62,903 bases of DNA from Spizellomyces punctatus DAOM BR117 (lineage: Eukaryota): assembly GCA_000182565.2 (NCBI GenBank), contig KQ257454.1, one strand, 5' to 3'. Below are positions 52,724-62,456 of the stretch, one piece after another. How positions within the stretch are numbered: the first letter of the stretch is position 1; every line of letters starts with the position of its first letter. The notes beneath the pieces were generated by a model, which ran no database searches, was not told where the DNA came from, and saw only the letters and a program-made list of their open reading frames with translations. Both the position numbers and the translations under genes were made by a program.

Positions 52724-53743
52724 TCACAATTCTTTTTCCACTTGTTTCTGCAATCGGTCCTTTTTCATCGCCTTTTTCTGTGGGGTCTGTGGGGCTGTTT
52801 TCTCAAGAGGGCGCTCGTTAGTTTTTATCAAGTCGTTATAATTGAAAATTCTACCAGGAATTCCTGCTATGACATAGCGGTGAGATTGTAACTCGTGGGT
52901 TGGACTGTAGACTTTTTCAATCTCATATATCTCACTGGAAAAGTTCTCTTGATGGGATTTCTTGAATACTCTGGTCTCATGTCTGACATGAACCCTATCA
53001 CCGACTGCAAAGATTTCAGGCTCTTTTTGATGCACTTTCTGCCAATACTTGGAAAGGTTCTCTAAAGCCTCGTATGGTTTTTCTACTGCTTCTTTGGGTG
53101 ACATTTTGATGCCACGGTGTTCTCAATGGTTTACCATGTTGACAAGTTCCCCAAAAACAGGAAGCCATTTATGACTTCATTGCTGGGTTAATATGCGACC
53201 AATTGCGGCTTTCAAGGTCTTAATCATTCGTTCGGCTTCGTATGCCATGTACACTATCTTGTGGTCAATAGCGTACTTTTCCATCAACTGTTTCCACTGA
53301 CCTGATTTATATGCTCCTCTGGCATCAGTAATCATTCGATTGGGTTGCATCTTGTATTTTCTCAAACATTTGTTCAATATAGACTCCATTGCGTTGGTGA
53401 CACTCGGTTCATCAACTCTTTTCAAAGGCTCGGCAAAAACCATTTTTGAGAACTTGTCCACACAAACCAAAATATGCGAGTTTCCGCCATTTTGTCTCGG
53501 GTGTGCATCATCGCCTAAAGAAAGCCAATTGCATTCCCATACGTCAAAAGGGGCAAAGGTTCTAGCAACATTTAGGTTCAGCCTCTTCTTCTTCCGATGA
53601 ATTTGGTGTGTTCGTTCATTCTCTAGGAATGTACGGACTTGTTTAAGAGTAATCGAAACTCCCTGCTGCTTGAGCATTTTGACCAAGGCGGGAGCTCCTG
53701 TGGGAGCTCCGGGGGAGTAATACAATCTTTTCAGTTCATCCAT
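52724..53743 (-). pseudogene. Retroviral-type (rve) integrase of Polinton type, disrupted
   Basis: LKRLYYSPGAP, WECNWL, ILVCVDKFSKMVFAEPLK, MITDARGAY, AERMIKTLK, HRGIKMSP, FAVGDRV...FKKSHQENFSSEIY; one frame with TGA at 53177 and 53123; may extend past a further TGA (52724) to ~52625. Confidence 0.9.
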
Positions 53744-53755
53744 ATCGCTTATCTC

Positions 53756-56700
53756 TTATGTTACAAAATGAAATTTGGCACCATCCATGTCTGTTGCTGC
53801 TTCAACAAAGCATTTGCTTTGGCATGTTGTGCATGGTACATTAGGTACTGTTGTATAATGTGTCCTACAGGATGTACATCTAAATGTCGCCCTCTTTGAA
53901 CTGAGTTCAGTGTCGCTCCCCCCTTTTGGGGGGTCGCTGTTGTTGGGAAACGGAGTTTGCATCCCAGCGCTGTTGTTGGGAAATGGAGTTTGCATCCAAA
54001 AATCCACCACTTGTCTTTCTGCATCATTGTGTTTATTTTGCTTTCGGCGATTTTCAGATATGTCTAGGGGCACTAAGTTTGTGTAATGATTGCTTCCGCC
54101 CTCGTTTTGTGGCACAACATGGTCGATTTCAAAGTTCCAGCGATAATTGTTCCATGTCATACCACGAAGGTCCTTGGATTTGTTCAAAAGTAATTGAATA
54201 TGAGACAAGAATTCTTCAAATGTACATCCTTCCACCCAAGACAATGATTTCTTCAATGATTCCCTCCATACTTCATTGGCAAGGTTATCAACCAACGTAA
54301 CATTGGAAAATTTGATATACTTGTTATGGCTGGAATGACTTACAGCGGTATATAACATTTTTTGCAACATCTTATTTTTCTCGTGAATTAGAAACCGTTT
54401 GTCAAATGTCTGACCTTGCGCCTTGTGAATAGTTGTGCAGTACCCGGAGAGAAAATATTTCTGAAAATCGTTCTTTGGCACCACACAACGGATGTCTTCC
54501 AATATGTTCGCCCTTCGACAAGTTACGTTGTCTCTATCAAAATCATAAACCTCCCAAGGTGTCATTTTGACGACACCTTGCTTTTGAATTGCCTTCCTCG
54601 AAATCAAAGGCGAACCTTTGACGAATATACAGTCTTGTGTTTTTCTCCAATCTTGATTATTCTTGCTGAATGGTATCTTCGAAGAGGTGAAAAACTTCTT
54701 TTTCAATCGAATTGCCTCATTTTTGTCTCTCTTCATATGGAGGTCATTGATGTAGTGACACATACGATTTGTAAATGCGATATTCAATCTAAAGTCCAGT
54801 ATTTCACTTTCATTCTCCACATACATGCTGTCTGGGAAAACAACATCAGTTCCTTCATTTAGAATCGATGCGGTCAGTTTATGCATCTCATTTGTTGGGT
54901 CATTAAGAAAACGATGGTTTTCCGTAAGCCTGATGTAATTGCCATCAGCAATATCTGCCACAAGTTTGGTCTCTAGATAGTCATCAGAAAGAATGTTTTC
55001 CCATGGTTCAACAGGAGGTAGTTGTTTTGAATCTCTGACAAGGAACACCCGACATCCCATTTGCTTGTAAATATATATGATATTCCATAGATAGGAAGGG
55101 ATTTGGGAAATTTCATCTATAAGTAGAACATTCGGGATATTGTTTTTCAGATGGGCAATTTCATCCCCCTGACCGATTTTCAATCCTTTGTGAATTGTTT
55201 TTCCTTTAACCCTATTGGCAGCGGCATTCGTTGGTGCTATGACAAGAACCTTTCTGCCCTGCTTGATGAAATATTTTTCAAGTCCTTTCAAGAGAACGGA
55301 CTTGCCGCAACTGCCATCTCCTTGTATCCTGGCAGATTGACCAACTCTGATAGCATCCAAAAACATTTGTACCCCATCGTCGCCTTTGCAAATACGTAAA
55401 TCGACTCTGTTTATCCAACGTTGTCGGACTCCAGTGTCGGCTCGTCGTGCAGTATTGATGTCCTTATGCAACTCTGGTAAGTCCTCTGGAATATGATATT
55501 TCCATAAGTGATTTATGAAAGCATCTTGCTTCCTTACGACAATACAGTCGGTTTTGACGGCCAAGACTTTATCAATTCCACCGACCGTTTCCTTAATCAT
55601 GTCGTATAAGAGACAGTTTGCATAATCCATGATTTGCTTGCGTATTGGGCGATGGGAGTCAAATGTTTTGACGTTTTGATACGCTGTTGTTTGAAACAAG
55701 TCAAGACCGTGTAAATCACGAAAAAACTTCTGTGTTATTGCAGCGTTCCATTGACCTTCGGCTTGCCATTTTTGAAAATAGTCTACGGCTTCTTCCTGTG
55801 TCGGGAAGAATACAGATTTGAAGTATCTTTTACTGAATTTCATCCCAAACAGTCCTACAAGACCGTTGATTGGTAGTTTCGCACCCTTGCTTCCGAGTGC
55901 TCCTACCATCAGATTGATGTACTTGCAGAAATAGTTTCCAGGGAGGGCACGGCTAGCAAGAATCATGTGTGTAATCTCATGCTGGATGTTCTCTTTGCAT
56001 AACTTATCAACGATAGCATTGACGTACCATCCATCGCCTTCGCAAGGTATGACATTCCTTGTCTTGACAAAGTACAAACCTGCCATTTTACCAAAGTCAC
56101 TTTTTGCAGCATCGTAAGGCTCAACAGTATCAAAGAACGAGAATACCGGATAGGGGAGAGGCATCTCATACATGCTGGTACGATAACACTTGGGTATGTC
56201 AATCGCTACCAAGTTGAGACGTTGATTTCTCTCATCATTTGTATAATCTCATAAATTGCCGTAGAAAATGCTTGGTTTTCCTGAAGTTTCCAGGATATGT
56301 AAAAGTTCATTTGAAAGCATTGATTTCTTTAGGTTGGGATATGTTGCCTTCAGCAACTCCAAGGATATAGCAGGTAATGATTTATCTTGGAATGGAATGT
56401 CCAATTTTTTGCAGATATCCTTTCTTTTCTTAAAGTCACAATCCAAGCGTACTTCGTTACCGCCATGCAGTATTATCCTTTCGATGCAACAGTTGCTATG
56501 TTTGCTAGATAGTTGAGTTTTTACCTGTGGAATCTTCTGAGTTTGTTTGATGTATTCTAAGAAGACTGATTCCATGACAAAAAAGTCCTTGCAGTCTTTG
56601 AGCAGGTAAATGGTCCTCCACCCATCAGTCGAACTTTGTACGTTGCCATCCACTTCCCGGTGCAAAATGTTCTTCACAATTTCTTCGACATTGCCTCTGT

Positions 56701-58153
56701 CAATGAACACATAATCTTCTTCGTACTCTTCTTCATCTTCATCTTCTTCTTCAGTCTTCCCCTTGGAACCCCGTTTCCTTTTTGTGTCAGCGTGTTCCGA
56801 TTGCACTCTCTGGGCTGTGGTTCTTTCTCGCAAGGATTTTTGCAATTTCTCGTCGCATATTTCCGAGAAATGATTGTTGTAAATAAAACCATACAAAGGA
56901 GGTAATGTCCACTTGAACTTCCAGTCTTTACCGACATCTTTCTTCATGCGTTTCGACAAATCTGCAATATCATCCTGCAAATACTGCATTCTAGACACAA
57001 ATGCTTTACAAAGGTCGATGCAGTAGTATGAACCCACATATCCCAATTTGAGCATTTCTTCGTTCAAATTGTTCAAATGTTTCAAATTGGCACCATTATC
57101 AAGTGAGTCTATCTTCATCGCATTCATTAGCCATTTGTCATCTAGAATTTCTCGACATCCTTTCCTTTGAGCCCGTTTGCTTCCATAAGCCCAAACATTT
57201 CTCACAGCATTGATTAGACATTGACCTTCTGGAAGACTGTCAGGACGAATAATCATTCCATCCTCTTGTTGCTCGTCAAAGAGCATCATCTCATCCAGTT
57301 TCACTCCATTGGAGAGATTAACGCGGGATAACACAACGGTTTCGAGAATGATGAAATTGTCATTGTAGTCAGACTCTGTATTCAAGACCAGTATACCATG
57401 TTCTGTTTCGTACGCTTCAATCAATTGTTTTGTTTTCTCCAAAGTCAATTGACCTCGGACATGTGGGAACACATGGTTCATTTGTCTCGACAATGATTCT
57501 CGGAAGCATGCATTTTCAACATTGCTGAATTTTTCCTCAAACTCATCCTCTTTCCATGCAATGTCATGCATCCAAGCATCTCCTTTCTCTGCGCGTAGTG
57601 CTTGCACTTGCACATAGCGAGAATCTTTTGACTTGGCAAATCTGTTTCCTTCTGTATATTGGCGTTCTCGATAAAATTGTGAATCATTATGCTCACACCA
57701 GTAGAGAAGATGTACCCATTCAATAGCATAATCAGCAACCGTTTGATTGGAGCGACGCGTCTCGGCTGCCTGTTTGGCAGCCGCAGAACGCCTGGCCTTT
57801 TGAGCGGCCATTTCGCGAGCGAGATCCTGATCATGCTCCATTTTTTTGCGCCTCAGAGTAACAGTGGCCTTACGAGCAATGGCTTGTCTCTGTGGGGCAG
57901 TACGAGTTGCCTGGGCCTTACGAGCCGCATCTCTTCTTTTTTCTTGTTCTTCAAGTAGGAATAGGGGCAAACGCTCAATCATCAAGTCTTCAAGGGCCAC
58001 TTTTCGTTCCCTTGTCCAGCCCTTGCGGTTGAAGTCACCGGCAACTAGTTTCCTCATCATCTTCACATAGTTTTTTGTCCCCACGCGAACGTTTTTATCT
58101 TCGATGGGATTGAATATCAAGGTCATCGTGTTGCAATGATGTAATGACAACAA
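53756..58153 (-). pseudogene. Viral replicase fusion: N-terminal region, pPolB-like polymerase, RecD/Pif1-like SF1 helicase, HNH nuclease, Zn ribbon; one in-frame TGA at 56249
   Basis: The 634-aa and 818-aa ORFs are in frame. PolB-like motifs AIDIPKCY, KLPINGLVGLFG, VKTDCIVV; helicase GDGSCGKS, IAPTNAAA, IDEISQI, QLPPV, LTENHRF, TIHKAQGQT; HNH IDHVVP...NHYTNLVPL...N. Confidence 0.88.
53935..53997. repeat. 33-bp tandem duplication inside the replicase C-terminus (MQTPFPNNS x2)
   Basis: CGCTGTTGTTGGGAAA(C/T)GGAGTTTGCATCC starts at 53935 and 53968. Confidence 0.9.
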
Positions 58154-58747
58154 ATTAACTTTGTTCTTTTTCTATCTTTAGCTTTATATGATATTTTTTT
58201 GCTTTCAAACGCATTTAGATTTACAGAGATTTACCACGCGGTACTGGTGGTGAAACGGCGAAGGTCGTTTGCCATTTATTAGCAAATTGATATATGCATT
58301 ATCTTTAAAGCCCAAATATATATCAATGTCCTTTTGGGTTCAGAAATCTCCAATCGGCGTTTCGGAACCGTCGAGTTGCTTTTTATATAGGCGCCACTTC
58401 ACCATTTGCTGTTTACACCCAGGATGTTTTCCCATTGTTACTTTTTAGTATTGTATTGTAAAAGGTAAATTATTTTTATCTTTAAACGCACATTTCGATG
58501 CTGTTTATATCACCAGTCAACATGCTCTGTGCTATTTATAGTAACGTGGCGGCGGTCGCCAGAAGATGTGTGGGTTGAGCTCGTTGCCATTTGCGGCTAT
58601 AAAAGAGGCGTGTCGGTTAGACATTTACCCTTGTACCACAAAGTTAGTTTACAGTTTACGGTAACTTCTGTGGTGCCAGCAGTCGAACTTCAAAACTTGG
58701 TAAGTTCTAATCTGGAACATTCGGAGCTCACATGCGCACCTAATAAC

Positions 58748-59806
58748 ATGAAATCATTTCAGCAATATCTACAAATCGCGAAACTCGTCATGACCAACGC
58801 TCCGACCATCCAGAAAACCCGAGCGCGTAAAGCTCGTCGTGCATCAATCAGCAAAACAGGACATGAGAACCTGAAAAGACCTGCCGACACAATAATCAAA
58901 ATTTTGAATAAATTTGAGAATGATAACTCCATTACTGAGACGGAGCTGGAACTTCTTCAATCGTTGGGAAACCTGTGTGTCGAGACCACATTCATTGCGT
59001 CACGGGGGAAGATATGTATGAGATACATTGATTATGACTTACTTAAACGTGAGTTTCAAAATCAAATGGAGCCCACGATTGCTGAGGATTCTACCAATGG
59101 TGGAGAGGATACAACACTTAACCAACCAGAGCCTCCTAACGGGGATGAACCAACTGACGGTGTGACAGACGGCGACAACGACAATGACGAGGAGGGTGGC
59201 AATGGCTCTGAGAGTTCTTATCATCCGATGAATGACGACGAGGATGACGAAGGGTCTGACGATACCTCTGAGGATGAAAATGCTCCTCAGAAAGACCATT
59301 TTTTTTCGATAACAAAGTTGACGAAGCCTTTGTTAAAAAGCAAAAAGTACATATCCTTTGGAAAAAGGTGTACAATCAGTTTTGAGGATTTGTGTACGAA
59401 GGCGCCAAATAGGAACAGAAAAGTTTTTGCTTCTTTCCAAAAGCACGGAACATCGGGTGAAGACCATAGTAAGGCTCTTAGGATGATTAACATTTTGATG
59501 TCGAAATCGAAGAAAGAACAACAAGCTCATAGGTTGACCGACCGAGAAAAGAAATACATCAAAATGTTCGAGATAAACCCGATAATTCCATTGGTTCTGT
59601 ACAAGTCACCAAGACTGATTGAGGAGTCAAGTGTAAGCGACAGAGCCCTTCTTAAGCAGTGGTTCGATGCCAATCAGCAAGACATTCCTGCAACAGCATT
59701 GAAAGATGTTTTTTGTGATTTTCTGGATGCCATGAAGGCTGGAGATTGGAAAAAGACGGAAGTGTACTTTCATAAGATGGGAAAACCTAAAAAGAGGTCT
59801 GAGTAG
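58748..59806 (+). CDS. Uncharacterised viral protein with long acidic linker (about 352 aa)
   Basis: Intact ORF; first ATG at 58748 (MKSFQQY); D/E-rich centre; TATAAAAG at 58598-58605 upstream; divergent from the replicase. Confidence 0.75.
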   Translation: MKSFQQYLQIAKLVMTNAPTIQKTRARKARRASISKTGHENLKRPADTIIKILNKFENDNSITETELELLQSLGNLCVETTFIASRGKICMRYIDYDLLKREFQNQMEPTIAEDSTNGGEDTTLNQPEPPNGDEPTDGVTDGDNDNDEEGGNGSESSYHPMNDDEDDEGSDDTSEDENAPQKDHFFSITKLTKPLLKSKKYISFGKRCTISFEDLCTKAPNRNRKVFASFQKHGTSGEDHSKALRMINILMSKSKKEQQAHRLTDREKKYIKMFEINPIIPLVLYKSPRLIEESSVSDRALLKQWFDANQQDIPATALKDVFCDFLDAMKAGDWKKTEVYFHKMGKPKKRSE

Positions 59807-60000
59807 GCCATGTTACATGAAATTCACGCACGCGTGAAGTTTGTGTGACAGTGTATATAGTTGAATTTCATAGCTTTTCATGTATATATGTCTTCATATG
59901 TCTTCATTGTTTTGTCGTTTTCAAAAAAATTAAACCCCAAAAATAACCCCCCCCTGGCTTAGCGGGCAAACTCAATTCACAACTTGTTCACTTCATCACA

Positions 60001-60174
60001 TCAGATGTAAACCACTCTTCTAACAGCACGAGGGCCATATCGACGCTTTCGAGTAGCCGCTGCTTTTCTTGCTCCGATAATCCTTCGATTTCTAGCACGA
60101 GCGGCTGCCTTCAACCCCTTGTTGGGCATCGCCACTATGTTGACGAGTTTTCTATGCGTTGCTTTCTTAGCCAT
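60001..60174 (-). CDS. 57-aa very basic protein, candidate virion core/DNA-condensing protein
   Basis: MAKKATHRKLVNIVAMPNKGLKAAARARNRRIIGARKAAATRKRRYGPRAVRRVVYI; no acidic residues; directly downstream of the MCP gene. Confidence 0.65.
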   Translation of the reverse strand: MAKKATHRKLVNIVAMPNKGLKAAARARNRRIIGARKAAATRKRRYGPRAVRRVVYI

Positions 60175-60208
60175 TAATATAATTCAATATGAGGTTGTCC
60201 TATCCATA

Positions 60209-60345
60209 GCTACTTTTAAAAAAAGTAGCGTCAAAAGAGCTCTTTTGATGCTATTTCGCTATGGAGTTGAAGGGGAACTAATAACTTAGAGTTCGCATGA
60301 AAGGCGAACTCGCTCTTTTTGATGCTACTTTTTCTAAAAAAGTAG
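60209..60345. terminator. Cluster of palindromes/hairpins downstream of the MCP stop
   Basis: GCTACTTTT-AAA-AAAAGTAGC; perfect palindrome TCAAAAGAGCTCTTTTGA (60231-60248); GAGTTCGC-N7-GCGAACTC; CTACTTTTT-CTA-AAAAAGTAG. Function is inferred. Confidence 0.55.
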
Positions 60346-60348
60346 TGT

Positions 60349-61697
60349 TTAAGCCGGAAGCAATCGCACACCGTCACGGTCGATGCACATCTCATGGTCT
60401 GTGGTCCAGAAAACATGGAATGTCTTGTCCTTGAAAGTTGGGATAGAAGCACCGGTGAAATCTGGTGCCACTTCCGGAGGATTGGGATACTGAGAGACAT
60501 TGATGAGAATATGTCCATCAGCTAGAGTCTGAAGTCCTCCGCCAATCATGTCGGGAGTTTGCTTGAAATTTTGTCTCCATGACCAATGCTGTATCTTTTT
60601 GCCTTCTAGAGTCCATCCTTTCAAATCAGTCATCGTTGGCGCAAACTTGATGTCGTTAAAGTCCTTGTTCCTTTGCGAAAGAGCATACATCTCAGGGTCT
60701 ATAGTAGAGACCACTCCAGAGTGTTCGGAACCATTGGAAATCGATTTACCTTCAGGGAAGCATTGTGTGCCCACTTGAATAGAAATAGTTCGAATTGCTG
60801 CATCATCTGAATAATTCAATTTGTCTACATCGGTCCGTACATTGTCAGTGGTGACCAACATCAAAGACGAAACAGAGGACTGTTCACCTGTCACAAGCGA
60901 CAATTGCTGTATGCGACTGTCTTGTCCAGCAAACTCCTGACTCCAGACCACTTGCATGGGGATGGTCAAGTATTCGTTTGATTCCATCAATGACAGGATT
61001 TTGTTGTAATATTCAGCGACTGGTTCAGCAAACTGACATATTAATTCATTTTCAACTATCTTGAAAGACGTGATTCCTGTGGATGTGGGCAAATTTTGGT
61101 AAGGTCCGTCTCGGCAGTCATTTCAATCTGAACGCCGCCTTTCACTAGACAGAGAGGGAAAGCAACTTCGTTTTGGAAAAATGACAGCGATGAGGCTGTG
61201 ACAGTGTAAGCGTTGTTTTGAGCGACCACGGCTGCACGGTTGGTGTCCTCGCTGGAATAATATTCGCATTGACCCAGATGTTGCTTGGTTTCCCATGATG
61301 TCGTTGCATTTTCGTGAGCAGTAAACAAATTGTAATCATTGAGGTCCTCCACTATCCTTCCGTTAATCAAAACAGATTGACGCCTCCATGCAGCATCGGT
61401 TCCGGATTGGCATAGACGGTATGTAGCATCTACAGCAACGGCTGGCGAGCCATCAGCCTTTAACCCTACTAGACGATATTTGTGCAAAGTTTCATTCACA
61501 AGCCAAAAAAGTTTGTTGTCGGCTATTTTAAATGAGAGTTTCCCTCCTGCTCGGCAATCACCACTTCCGTTTGTCAGCTCGAAGCGGACCTGAGAACTAG
61601 GTTGAAAATTAAGAACAACTCCGTTCTTTGCATTTCTTTTATAGGTAAAGACGCTTGGGACTCGTCAAACCTCAGTTACCTGAATTTCTGAAGACAT
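60349..61697 (-). pseudogene. Major capsid protein (double-jelly-roll, PLV-like), about 450 codons, with an early TGA and one frameshift
   Basis: ATG 61697 (MSSEIQVTEV*RVPSVFTY...GGKLSFKI...VLINGRIVEDLNDYNLF...FPLCLVKGGVQIEM); frameshift near 61092 into LPTSTGITSFKIVE...ISIQVGTQCFP; beta-rich; adjacent to the ATPase. Fold is inferred. Confidence 0.75.
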
Positions 61698-61733
61698 TTT
61701 GGTTTAACACACTTCTAGAAAAAAAAAATGCGG

Positions 61734-62411
61734 CTAGGAAAAACCGACTCTAAAAGGTCGTTTCGAACTCTGTAGATTGATGTGGACGAAATGGAATGGC
61801 TTCCTGGTATTCTCCATAACAAATTTTTCGAATACATCCTCGGGCAAAGCGAGAGATAACCCGGCTTCGACCATCTTTTTCAACTCTGATTTCAAAGGTC
61901 GAAATATAATCCAGTTTGTTGCATTGCTACAGATGGCAGGACTGTTGTGATAGAAATATTGACTCGACAGAATACAGGTAATCCCAGCATGCCTTCCACG
62001 GGTAGCCAACTCATCGAGTGCTTTCTTATGCCCTTTTTGCATATTATAGTCATCGATGATAAGAAGCAAATCCCGTTTTCTTCCGCTGCGAATGAACTCT
62101 TTCAATTGTTCCTTGTGGATATAATTGAGTATCTCGTTGCTGATTTGGTCAAATAAATGAACCTTTTTGCTCATTCTTAATGGATTCCAATTGGTGTCGT
62201 GCGGATTCGGTGTTATTATTATAGTATTCGAATACTGCTTTTTTAGAAACAATTTGCATATCATGGCTATGTTCAATGTCTTCCCACTAAATCGAGCGCC
62301 ATTGTAAACACAGAAGGCATACTTCCTAGGAAGCCTCGGGTCAGTATTGTCTTTTATGCGTCCAGAGACTTGACTAGGCAAAGGGGCGATGGTAATAGGC
62401 TTTTCCTTCAT
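61734..62411 (-). CDS. A32/FtsK-like genome packaging ATPase
   Basis: Walker A GARFSGKT, Walker B LLIIDD, ATRGRHAGITCILSSQ, PAICSNATNWIIF. Confidence 0.92.
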   Translation of the reverse strand: MKEKPITIAPLPSQVSGRIKDNTDPRLPRKYAFCVYNGARFSGKTLNIAMICKLFLKKQYSNTIIITPNPHDTNWNPLRMSKKVHLFDQISNEILNYIHKEQLKEFIRSGRKRDLLLIIDDYNMQKGHKKALDELATRGRHAGITCILSSQYFYHNSPAICSNATNWIIFRPLKSELKKMVEAGLSLALPEDVFEKFVMENTRKPFHFVHINLQSSKRPFRVGFS

Positions 62412-62456
62412 CGTGCTTGTTTTTTATTTGCTCTGTATCTATAATAACATAGAAAG

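Noticed and set aside
54030-54140. HNH as part of an intein or group I intron
   Set aside because: It lies after helicase motif VI without splitting a domain; no intein N/C-terminal splice motifs were recognised.
51992-61697. Alternative genetic code or TGA read-through in the virus, since all premature stops are TGA
   Set aside because: The contexts fit Arg (CGA) rather than Trp, TGG is used normally, and parallel missense changes at CpGs break catalytic motifs; mutational decay explains all of these.
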